A stretch of 40,809 nucleotides of DNA from Candidatus Eiseniibacteriota bacterium (GTDB taxonomy: Bacteria > Eisenbacteria > RBG-16-71-46): NCBI GenBank assembly GCA_031370785.1, contig JANMQY010000018.1, positions 1-40,809 on the forward strand. Reading direction: 5' to 3'. The notes under the pieces are model-generated. The model had not been told where the DNA came from. It did no database searches and saw only the letters and a list, made by a program, of their open reading frames with translations. The translations under genes and the position numbers were made by a program. Of the stretch, positions 19,979 to 28,473 are shown piece by piece (the first letter of the stretch is position 1; each line of letters begins with the position of its first letter).

Positions 19979-20239
19979 AACTCCTGACAGCAGGCGCCGG
20001 GCATGACGCAGCGCGAGCAACAGGGACGGTTCCCGCAGACGGCCTTCAGTGCAGCGCGCCACCAACGGAATCGCGACCCCATCCGGTGCGTGCGGTCGTT
20101 CGTGCATCGTGCTTTGGCATCGGAGTCGGACGGTTCGAGCCACACTCAGGGTTCCCGTGGAGAAAGGGCGGCAAGGGGCTCCATGGGGTTCAAGCTCTGT
20201 GACAGGGTGGGGTCGCTCAGGTTCAGGGAGGAATAGACC

Positions 20240-21307
20240 GTGGTCGTCGTGAGCTATTCAGGCAAAGAGATCAACGCGAAGCTGGTGTATTACGGCGCCG
20301 GCTTGAGCGGCAAGACCACGAATCTCGAGTCCATCTACGAGGCGGTGCCCGACACCAGCCGCGGCAAGATGGTGAGCATGAAGACCCAGTCGGATCGAAC
20401 TCTGTTCTTCGACCTGCTGCCGCTGGACCTCGGCGAGATCATGGGGTTCAAGACGCGCTTCCTGCTCTACACCGTTCCGGGCCAGGTGTTCTACAACGCC
20501 ACCCGCAAGCTGGTGCTCAAGGGAGCGGACGCGATCGTGTTCGTCGCGGATTCCGAAGTCGGCAAGATGGAAGAGAACAAGGAGAGTCTCGGCAATCTTC
20601 GCGCGAACCTCGCCGAGTACAGTCTGAACCTGGACGACCTGCCGTGGGTGATCCAGTACAACAAGCGTGACATCGCGAACGCGTACACCATCGAAGAGCT
20701 GAACGCCGAGTTGAATCCCAACGGCAAGATTCCGTTCTTCGAGGCAGTCGCGACCCAGGGCAAGGGAGTGTTCGAGACGTTCCGCGGCATCTCTCACCTG
20801 CTCATGGAGAAGGTGACCAAGGATCTCAGGCGCACGCCGATGAGCGGCGCGTCGACCGCTCCGGCCAATCCGGTGAAGGATCTGCCGAAGGTCGAGCAGG
20901 GGAAGGCCGAAGCGACCCGCCCCAACATCCTGAACACGCCGCCCGGACGCGCAATCGCCAGGGAAGCTCAGCAGACCGCCAAAGCCGAACCGCCCACGAT
21001 CGGCGGTCTCGACTACGGACGGGAGCTTGACCTTCCGGACGAGATTCCCCCGCGGCCGGCTGCCCGTCCCGCACCCGCTCCGGCACCTGCTGCGCCTGTC
21101 GCGCGCAAGGTGATGCCGGCCCCGCTCGCTGCGAGCGAGGCTCCGGCTCCCCGGCGTGAAGCTGCGCCCAGGGCCACCGCGCCTCAGCGCTCGGACGGTC
21201 GCACCGAGGAGTCGTCCTCGGGAGTGATGGTGGTTCCGATCAAGGTGCCCAGAGGCGGCAACCGGGAGATCGTGCTGCGCATCATCATCTCGAGCGAAGA
21301 CGAATAA
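20240..21307 (+). CDS. mglA: MglA-family small GTPase with Pro/Ala-rich C-terminal extension
   Basis: EINAKLVYYGAGLSGKTTNL, DRTLFFD, YTVPGQVFYNATRKLVLKGAD and QYNKRD; GTG start with GGAGG SD. Confidence 0.85.
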   Translation: MVVVSYSGKEINAKLVYYGAGLSGKTTNLESIYEAVPDTSRGKMVSMKTQSDRTLFFDLLPLDLGEIMGFKTRFLLYTVPGQVFYNATRKLVLKGADAIVFVADSEVGKMEENKESLGNLRANLAEYSLNLDDLPWVIQYNKRDIANAYTIEELNAELNPNGKIPFFEAVATQGKGVFETFRGISHLLMEKVTKDLRRTPMSGASTAPANPVKDLPKVEQGKAEATRPNILNTPPGRAIAREAQQTAKAEPPTIGGLDYGRELDLPDEIPPRPAARPAPAPAPAAPVARKVMPAPLAASEAPAPRREAAPRATAPQRSDGRTEESSSGVMVVPIKVPRGGNREIVLRIIISSEDE

Positions 21308-21322
21308 TTGACCCAGGCTTGT

Positions 21323-21376
21323 AACCCGCGCCTTCCGAAGTGGGGTGTTGACATCGGAGGCGCGGGTTTCTACTTT
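21323..21376 (+). terminator. hairpin/possible intrinsic terminator after the mglA-like gene
   Basis: AACCCGCGCCTTCCGA ... TCGGAGGCGCGGGTT followed by TCTACTTT; overlaps TTGACA-N17-TACTTT. Confidence 0.5.
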
Positions 21377-21392
21377 GGGAGGTGACATGCAC

Positions 21393-21848
21393 ATGCGCAC
21401 ACTGCTTCTCGCGAGCCTGTTGAGTTCGGCTCTGGTCCCAACAGCTTCCGCTGGCGATCTGTTCGGCGGGGGCGGAGCGCCCGCCTACGCGCCGTCCGTC
21501 CCGGTCAGCGCGCTGACCCGTCCCGCAGCCTGGCTCGATCCCTCCCGGCTCCACTTCAGCACCTCACTGAGCGTGGGCACCGCGTTCGGGACCACCCAGG
21601 GCCTGCAGGTCACGAGCCTGCACTACGACTTCGCGATTCCGCTCTCGATGAGCGTGAGCCTCGGCAACGCGTGGGGACCGTCTGCGGCCGGCCGCAACGG
21701 CTCGCCGTTCCTCGAAGGGCTGAACCTCACCTACCGTCCGCTGCGCAGCCTGCTGGTGAACGTGCAGTATCGCGACATCCGCTCGCCGCTTCAGTTCCAG
21801 GACCAGAGCCTGCTGCCCCGCTACCTCCGCGACTTCGAGTACCGCTAG
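21393..21848 (+). CDS. secreted/outer-membrane beta-rich hypothetical protein
   Basis: signal peptide MRTLLLASLLSSALVPTASA, alternating beta-strand-like segments; GGAGGTGA SD. Confidence 0.7.
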   Translation: MRTLLLASLLSSALVPTASAGDLFGGGGAPAYAPSVPVSALTRPAAWLDPSRLHFSTSLSVGTAFGTTQGLQVTSLHYDFAIPLSMSVSLGNAWGPSAAGRNGSPFLEGLNLTYRPLRSLLVNVQYRDIRSPLQFQDQSLLPRYLRDFEYR

Positions 21849-21852
21849 CCCG

Positions 21853-22650
21853 ATGTCCGGCGCCACACGCCGGCTGGCTACCGCCTTCGACGCCGCCAGG
21901 GGCCGCACCGGACTCATTCCCTTCCTGACCGCCGGCTACCCATCGATCGACGCCTCGCTCGAGATGCTGCGCGGCTTCGCTCGCCTCGGGGCGCGCGCGG
22001 TCGAGATCGGCGTTCCGTTCTCTGATCCGATCGCCGATGGCGCCGAGATCCAGCGCGCCTCGGAATGGGCGCTGGCGCGACACGTCGGCCCGCCGCAGGT
22101 GCTCGAGCTGGTGGCCGCGCTGCGCCGCGAATCGTCGCTGCCGGTGGTGGTGATGACCTACGTCAATCCGGTGCTGCGCGGCGGCATCGAGCGGTTCGCC
22201 GAGGCGGCGCGCGATGCCGGAGTGGACGGCGTGCTGCTCTCCGACCTTCCTCCCGAGGAGTCGCCCGAAGTGTGGGCCGCCCTGGGCGCCGCCGCGCTCG
22301 ACACCATCATGCTGGTGGCGCCCACGACCGATCCGGCGCGCGTCGCCCAGATCGTCGCTCGCGCCAGCGGATTCGTGTACTGCCTCGCGCGCACCGGAGT
22401 GACCGGCGAGTCGGGCGGCTACGGCGGCGCGCTCGACGAGCGCATCGCACTGATCCGCCACCACACCCGGTTGCCGGTCGCAGTGGGCTTTGGAATCTCC
22501 AATGCCGAGCAGGCGCGTGCGCTCAAGGGTCAGGCCGACGCTGTCGTCGTGGGCGCCGCGTTCATGCGCGCGGTCAGTGAAGACCCCGCTCGCGGGGCGA
22601 CCGATCGCGTCGAGCGCCTGGCCGGGGAGCTGGTCGGCGCGTTGAGCTGA
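21853..22650 (+). CDS. trpA: tryptophan synthase alpha subunit
   Basis: PFLTAGYP, EIGVPFSDPIADG, MTYVNP, DLPPEES, RTGVTG and VGFGIS motifs. Confidence 0.95.
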   Translation: MSGATRRLATAFDAARGRTGLIPFLTAGYPSIDASLEMLRGFARLGARAVEIGVPFSDPIADGAEIQRASEWALARHVGPPQVLELVAALRRESSLPVVVMTYVNPVLRGGIERFAEAARDAGVDGVLLSDLPPEESPEVWAALGAAALDTIMLVAPTTDPARVAQIVARASGFVYCLARTGVTGESGGYGGALDERIALIRHHTRLPVAVGFGISNAEQARALKGQADAVVVGAAFMRAVSEDPARGATDRVERLAGELVGALS

Positions 22651-22949
22651 AGCTTCGCGCGAAACACGCAATCCAGGCCCCAGCGGCGTGTCTCGATGGG
22701 AGATAGGCGACTGACTTTGCGCCGTCGCGCGACCCCATCAGGGGCGCGAGCGGCAGGCGCGAGGCACCCGCGCGCGAGGCAAGCACGACGGCGCGAGCGA
22801 TCGCGTCCGCGTCCGTTCGCTTCAGCTCGCTCTACCTTCGGCGCCCCGGACCGTCTAGACTGCCCCTTCGTACACCACCGTCGCGCGCTACATGCTGTGC
22901 GCGAGGGACATGCCAGAGAGTCGCTGGAGACGCCACGGTCAATCTCGCA

Positions 22950-22977
22950 TAAAGCCGACTGTGTTTCTTGCCGATAC
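22950..22977 (+). promoter_or_regulatory. sigma28 (FliA/SigD/WhiG)-type promoter for csrA and the flgM-like gene
   Basis: TAAAG-N15-GCCGATAC, 55 nt upstream of the csrA ATG. Confidence 0.75.
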
Positions 22978-23032
22978 ACTGATCATCCAGGGGTGCAGAC
23001 GCACCGAACCAGGGAGTGGAGGAAGCTTCACG

Positions 23033-23260
23033 ATGCTTGTCCTAACACGGAAGTTAGGAGAGAACATTCGGATCGGCGACTCGGTGAAGATCACCGTGCT
23101 CGAAGTTCGATCCGGTCAGGTGAAGCTCGGGATCGAAGCCCCACCCGAGGTCAAGGTCCATCGGGAAGAGATCTATGCCCGCATCCAGGAAGAAAATCGC
23201 AGAGCACGACTCTCCGAAGGCGGAGCGGATACCCCTCCGCGTCGCGAACCCGAAAAGTAG
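23033..23260 (+). CDS. csrA: carbon storage regulator CsrA (FliW-type, Asn55)
   Basis: [16 protein letters not shown]...[20 protein letters not shown]; Arg44 and Asn55 present. Confidence 0.96.
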   Translation: MLVLTRKLGENIRIGDSVKITVLEVRSGQVKLGIEAPPEVKVHREEIYARIQEENRRARLSEGGADTPPRREPEK

Positions 23261-23342
23261 GACTGAGGCCGCCATCGATTCCCGGCGCCCGCGCTCCACT
23301 CCGCCGCCGACTTCTGCTCCGTCGCCACGGCGCCGTCCGGTA

Positions 23343-23540
23343 GTGACCAGCTCGCATCCCCATCCAGGCGAGGCTTCGCCTCGCGATCGCCGTGAAGCCG
23401 CCGACCGCGCGCATTTCGAGAGTGTGCGCTGGTCCCGGGTCAAGACCGCGCGCGCACGCATCGCCGCCGATTACTACGAGCGTGGCGAGGTGAAGGATCG
23501 CGTGCTCGACGCGTTGATGGACGAACTGCTCAAGCCCTGA
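23343..23540 (+). CDS. FlgM-like anti-sigma28 factor (putative; start uncertain)
   Basis: VRWSRVKTARARIAADYY...VLDALMDEL resembles the FlgM C-terminal VR.DKV..LK..I..G.Y...IA..L pattern; follows csrA behind a sigma28 promoter. Confidence 0.55.
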   Translation: MTSSHPHPGEASPRDRREAADRAHFESVRWSRVKTARARIAADYYERGEVKDRVLDALMDELLKP

Positions 23541-23555
23541 CCCCCGGTTGCACCG

Positions 23556-23592
23556 ACGCCCGCCTTCGCCAGGGATGCGGGCGTTTGCTATT
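23556..23592 (+). terminator. GC hairpin after the flgM-like gene
   Basis: ACGCCCGC ... GCGGGCGT followed by TTGCTATT. Confidence 0.35.
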
Positions 23593-24768
23593 GTGCCGCG
23601 GATGGAGTGTTCATGGCTGTGAAGCGCGCCCGTGCCCGGGAGGAGGCGCCCCCCGAAGCCCTGCTCGGCGCACTTCTCGACGACCTCGAGACCGGCGTGA
23701 TCCTGCTCGATCCCAAGGGCCGGGTGACCGAGGTCAATCCGGCCGCGCGATTCATGCTCAACGCCGCGGCCGCCCGTGGAGCGCGCCCGCGCCGCCCGCT
23801 CAGCACGCCCGCAAAGACCCTGCTGCGCACGGTGGTGGCCGGCGACGATCCGGTGCGCGAGGGATTCTCGCGCGCCCGCACCGAGCGCGAGACCGTGCTG
23901 GTGGGAGAGGACGGCGGCGAGGTCCCGGTGCTGCTGCGCACGCGGCGCGTCGGGAGTCCGGCGTGGCTGCTGATCACGCTTCGGGATCTGAGCCGGGTGC
24001 GCCGCGTCCAGCAGGAGCTACGCCGCCACGAGCGCCTCGCCACGCTCGGCCAGCTCTCGGCCGGCATCGCCCACGAGATCCGCAATCCGCTCGCCGGGAT
24101 CGGCACCAGCGCGCAGGTCCTGCTGCGCCGCTTCGAGCCGCGCGACGAACGCGCGCGCTTCGTGCAGGTGATCCTCGAGGAAGTGGGGCGCCTCGATCGA
24201 ATCGTCACCAGCCTGCTGCAGTACGCGCGCCCGCGTACCCCCGAGCTTCGGCCGCTGGCGATCGCGCCATGCATCGAGCGCGTGCTCGAGCTGTCGTCCG
24301 ATGCGATTGCGCAGGCGGAAGTGAAGGTGGAAGTGGACGTGGCATCGCGGCTCGGCGAAGTCTACATTGACGGTGACCTCGTGACCCAGGTGCTGCTCAA
24401 CGTGACCCTGAACGCGATTCAGGCCATGCCCTCGGGCGGCACGCTGCGCTACGAGGTGCGCCGCGTGCGACGCCGGGCGCCGCCGCGGGGTCCGGGACGG
24501 CGCGCCGGAGATCAGGGGGCTACGGAAGGCATGCCGCGCGCGCGGCTCGAATACCAGCAGGTGCGGATCAGCGACACCGGGGTCGGCATCCCGCGCGGGG
24601 TGCTCTCCAAGCTGTTCGATCCGTTCTTCTCGACCAAGCCGCAGGGAACCGGCCTTGGTCTGTCGATCTCCCAGACCATCATGCAGGAGCACGGCGGCGG
24701 TATCGAAGTGGCGAGTCATCAGGGACGCGGCACCACCGTGCTCCTCAACTTCCCCATGGAGAAACGAC

Positions 24769-26175
<1,407 letters not shown>

Positions 26176-26187
26176 TCGCCCGCGCAG

Positions 26188-26230
26188 CGGAACGTCCCGG
26201 CAGCCCGGAACGCCTTTCCGCCGCGGAACG
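26188..26230 (+). repeat. three CGGAACG direct repeats with exact 18-bp period
   Basis: CGGAACG at 26188, 26206 and 26224. Confidence 0.8.
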
Positions 26231-26538
26231 ATGGTTGTCCTCAAGGCCCGAAGGCCCCTCCACGCTTCGGTCGGGCACCGACCAGTAATCGGTCGCGGCC
26301 CATCTCCGGCGCAATGAGGTTGGACGGGCGAAATGGCCCCGCCGGGTGCGATCCTGCATTGGCCCCGCTTCTCACTGCGCTTTTTCCCCCGCACCCGCCC
26401 TCCTCTCGCTCGTCACCGAATTACGCGCTAACTCCGCGCTCCTGAGTCGACTCGGCTGTTCAGTGGAGGCAGGACGCGAGCCCGGATGAGCGTCGTGCCG
26501 GGCCCGGGTCGAAGACGGCTTCGAGTGGTTCTCCCGGA

Positions 26539-26554
26539 TGGCACGCGGGCTGCA
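26539..26554 (+). promoter_or_regulatory. sigma54 (-24/-12) promoter
   Basis: TGGCACG-CGGG-CTGCA, exact GG-N10-GC spacing, 40 nt upstream of the ATG at 26594. Confidence 0.8.
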
Positions 26555-26593
26555 AAAGCCCCATCACCACCTACCAACCGGGAGCCCAAGCCA

Positions 26594-26989
26594 ATGCCGC
26601 ACATCCTGATCGTCGAAGACGAGCCGTCGACCGCCTGGGCCCTGGCTGAGGGACTCTCGGACGACGGCTTCTCCATCGATACCTTCGCCTCGGCGGAGGA
26701 AGCGCTGGAGTGGCTCAGGACCGGCAAGAGCGACCTCGTCATCTCGGATCTGCGCCTTCCCGGCATGAGCGGCCTCGACCTCGCGAAGAAGCTGCGTCGC
26801 GGGCGCTGCGCCCAGCCGGTGATCATCGTCACCGCCTACGGTGGTCCCGACACGCTCGACCAGCTGCGTCGCGCCGGCATCGCCGACTGCTTCTCGAAGC
26901 CATTCCGCATCGACATCCTGCGCCGCTCGGTGCGCAGCGCGATCGAGCGCAGCGTCACGCGCCGCCCGCGCATGCGGAAAGCCGCCTGA
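26594..26989 (+). CDS. single-domain response regulator
   Basis: ILIVEDE, DLVISDLRLPGMSGL, IIVTAYG and SKPF; GGGAG SD. Confidence 0.9.
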   Translation: MPHILIVEDEPSTAWALAEGLSDDGFSIDTFASAEEALEWLRTGKSDLVISDLRLPGMSGLDLAKKLRRGRCAQPVIIVTAYGGPDTLDQLRRAGIADCFSKPFRIDILRRSVRSAIERSVTRRPRMRKAA

Positions 26990-27315
26990 TGCGCACCGCA
27001 TCCCGCCGCCCGCGCATCGCGCGTCGCGCTCTCGAGGCCTCGCGCCGCGCGCCGGTCTCCGGCCTGGCACGCGAGCGCATCGCCACCGCGCTCGAGCTGT
27101 GCTCTGCCGAGGAACGCGCGCTGCTCTCGATGATGCTGCTCGAGGAGATGACTCCGCTCGAAGCGGGGGAGGCGATGGAGCTTTCGGCGCGCGAGGTGTC
27201 GCGCACCTACACGAACCTGCTGGCCGCGTTGCGTCGCACCCTGCGCGGAATGAATTTCCGCTCCGCGCCCCGGGCTGCGCTGATCGCCCGCGAGCGCATG
27301 CGGAACGCGTCATGA
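26989..27315 (+). CDS. sigma-factor region-4-only protein (FliA C-terminus-like)
   Basis: TGATG-coupled to the receiver gene; ALELCSAEERALLSMMLLEEMTPLEAGEAMELSAREVSRTYTNLLAALRRTL aligns without gaps to region 4 of the FliA at 28474. Confidence 0.7.
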   Translation: MRTASRRPRIARRALEASRRAPVSGLARERIATALELCSAEERALLSMMLLEEMTPLEAGEAMELSAREVSRTYTNLLAALRRTLRGMNFRSAPRAALIARERMRNAS

Positions 27316-27557
27316 ACACGAGCCGCGCCTTCACCTCGAGCTCCGATCTGGACCGCTCCATGCCGGACAATCTCGCGGCGCGTCTCGACCGCATCGAGAT
27401 CGCCACCGCATCGCTGCGCGCGGAAGTCGTCCGCCTCGAGCGCCTGGGTCTGGCCGGGGCCGCGAGCCGCTGCCGCGAGCAGCTGCGTTACTGGGAATTC
27501 CTCGGCGTGCTGTTCTTGCTCACGCCGGACGGTTCGTTCCACGGGGAGGCCGCGTGA
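27312..27557 (+). CDS. small helical hypothetical protein (81 aa)
   Basis: ATGA overlap upstream and GTGA overlap downstream, so translationally coupled on both sides. Confidence 0.65.
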   Translation: MNTSRAFTSSSDLDRSMPDNLAARLDRIEIATASLRAEVVRLERLGLAGAASRCREQLRYWEFLGVLFLLTPDGSFHGEAA

Positions 27558-28459
27558 GTGCGGCGCGCTCCGGCGGCGCCGGCGGCGTTCCGCTCAAGCT
27601 GGTTCCGCGCGGCGACAATGACGCCCAGCCGGACACCGAGAACCATCCGGCGAGCTGGAGCCGTCCGCACGTGCGCACCATCGCGCTCGCGAGCGGCAAG
27701 GGTGGCGTCGGCAAGAGCACGCTCGCCGCAAACCTGGCGGTCGCGCTCGGCGAGCGTGGCGCTCGCGTGCTGCTGGTGGATGCCGACCTGTCGCAGGCCA
27801 ATCTCGACCTTCTGCTCGGGGTACACCCGCGCTTCGACCTGCAGCACGTGCTCTCGGGCGAAAAGACGCTGGAAGAGATCCTGGTGAGCGGGCCGAAGGG
27901 CGTGACGCTGGTGCCCGCCGCTTCCGGCGTGCCCGAGCTGGCCGATCTCGACGACTACCGGCGCGAAATGCTGCTGCGGGGCCTGAGCCTGCTCGAGGCC
28001 GAGATCGACCTGATGCTGATCGACACCGCTTCCGGCGTCTCGCGCCAGTCGACTTCGTTCTGTCTCGCCGCCGACGAAGTGGTGGTGATGACCTCGCCCG
28101 AGATGCCGGCGTTCTCCGACGCCTACGGTCTGGTCAAGCTGCTTCAGGCGCAGGGCATCAAGCGCGCGCCACACATGCTGGTCAATCTGGCGACCACGCC
28201 GGAGGAAGCCGAAGAGACCGCGCACCGCATCCGGCTGGTCGCGCGCCGCTTCCTTCGTCTCGAAATCGAGTGCTGGGGCTTCGTTCCGTTCGATCCGGCG
28301 ATCGCCCGGTCGGTACGACTCCAGGAACCCGTGATGACCGCTTTTCCTCAGTCGCCCGCCGCCGTGGCATTCCGCGCGATGGCCGAACGCCTGTGGCCGT
28401 CCCCGCAGCCCGATAACGACCGCTCGTTGCCGTTCACCCCTGAACGGCTTCAGGCCTGA
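27554..28459 (+). CDS. flhG: MinD/ParA-family ATPase FlhG/FleN
   Basis: ASGKGGVGKS, DADLSQANLDLLLG, LVPAASG, IDTASG and DAYGLVK; directly upstream of fliA. Confidence 0.85.
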   Translation: MSAARSGGAGGVPLKLVPRGDNDAQPDTENHPASWSRPHVRTIALASGKGGVGKSTLAANLAVALGERGARVLLVDADLSQANLDLLLGVHPRFDLQHVLSGEKTLEEILVSGPKGVTLVPAASGVPELADLDDYRREMLLRGLSLLEAEIDLMLIDTASGVSRQSTSFCLAADEVVVMTSPEMPAFSDAYGLVKLLQAQGIKRAPHMLVNLATTPEEAEETAHRIRLVARRFLRLEIECWGFVPFDPAIARSVRLQEPVMTAFPQSPAAVAFRAMAERLWPSPQPDNDRSLPFTPERLQA

Positions 28460-28473
28460 GACAGGAGCTCCGC

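Noticed and set aside
22744..22797. GCGCGAG repeated four times in the trpA-csrA spacer
   Set aside because: Irregular spacing and an almost all-GC word, expected by chance at this composition
22696..23343. 215-aa ORF and N-terminal extensions overlapping csrA
   Set aside because: Arg-rich off-frame composition; overlaps the sigma28 promoter and the genuine csrA starting at 23033
26188..26230. Possible mini-CRISPR array
   Set aside because: 7-bp repeats with 11-bp spacers are far too short, and no cas genes are present
26486..26593. Upstream ATG extension of the single-domain receiver
   Set aside because: It would span the sigma54 promoter; the SD and domain boundary favour the ATG at 26594
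27065..27080. TGGCACG as a second sigma54 site
   Set aside because: GG-to-GC spacing is 9 rather than 10, and it lies within a CDS
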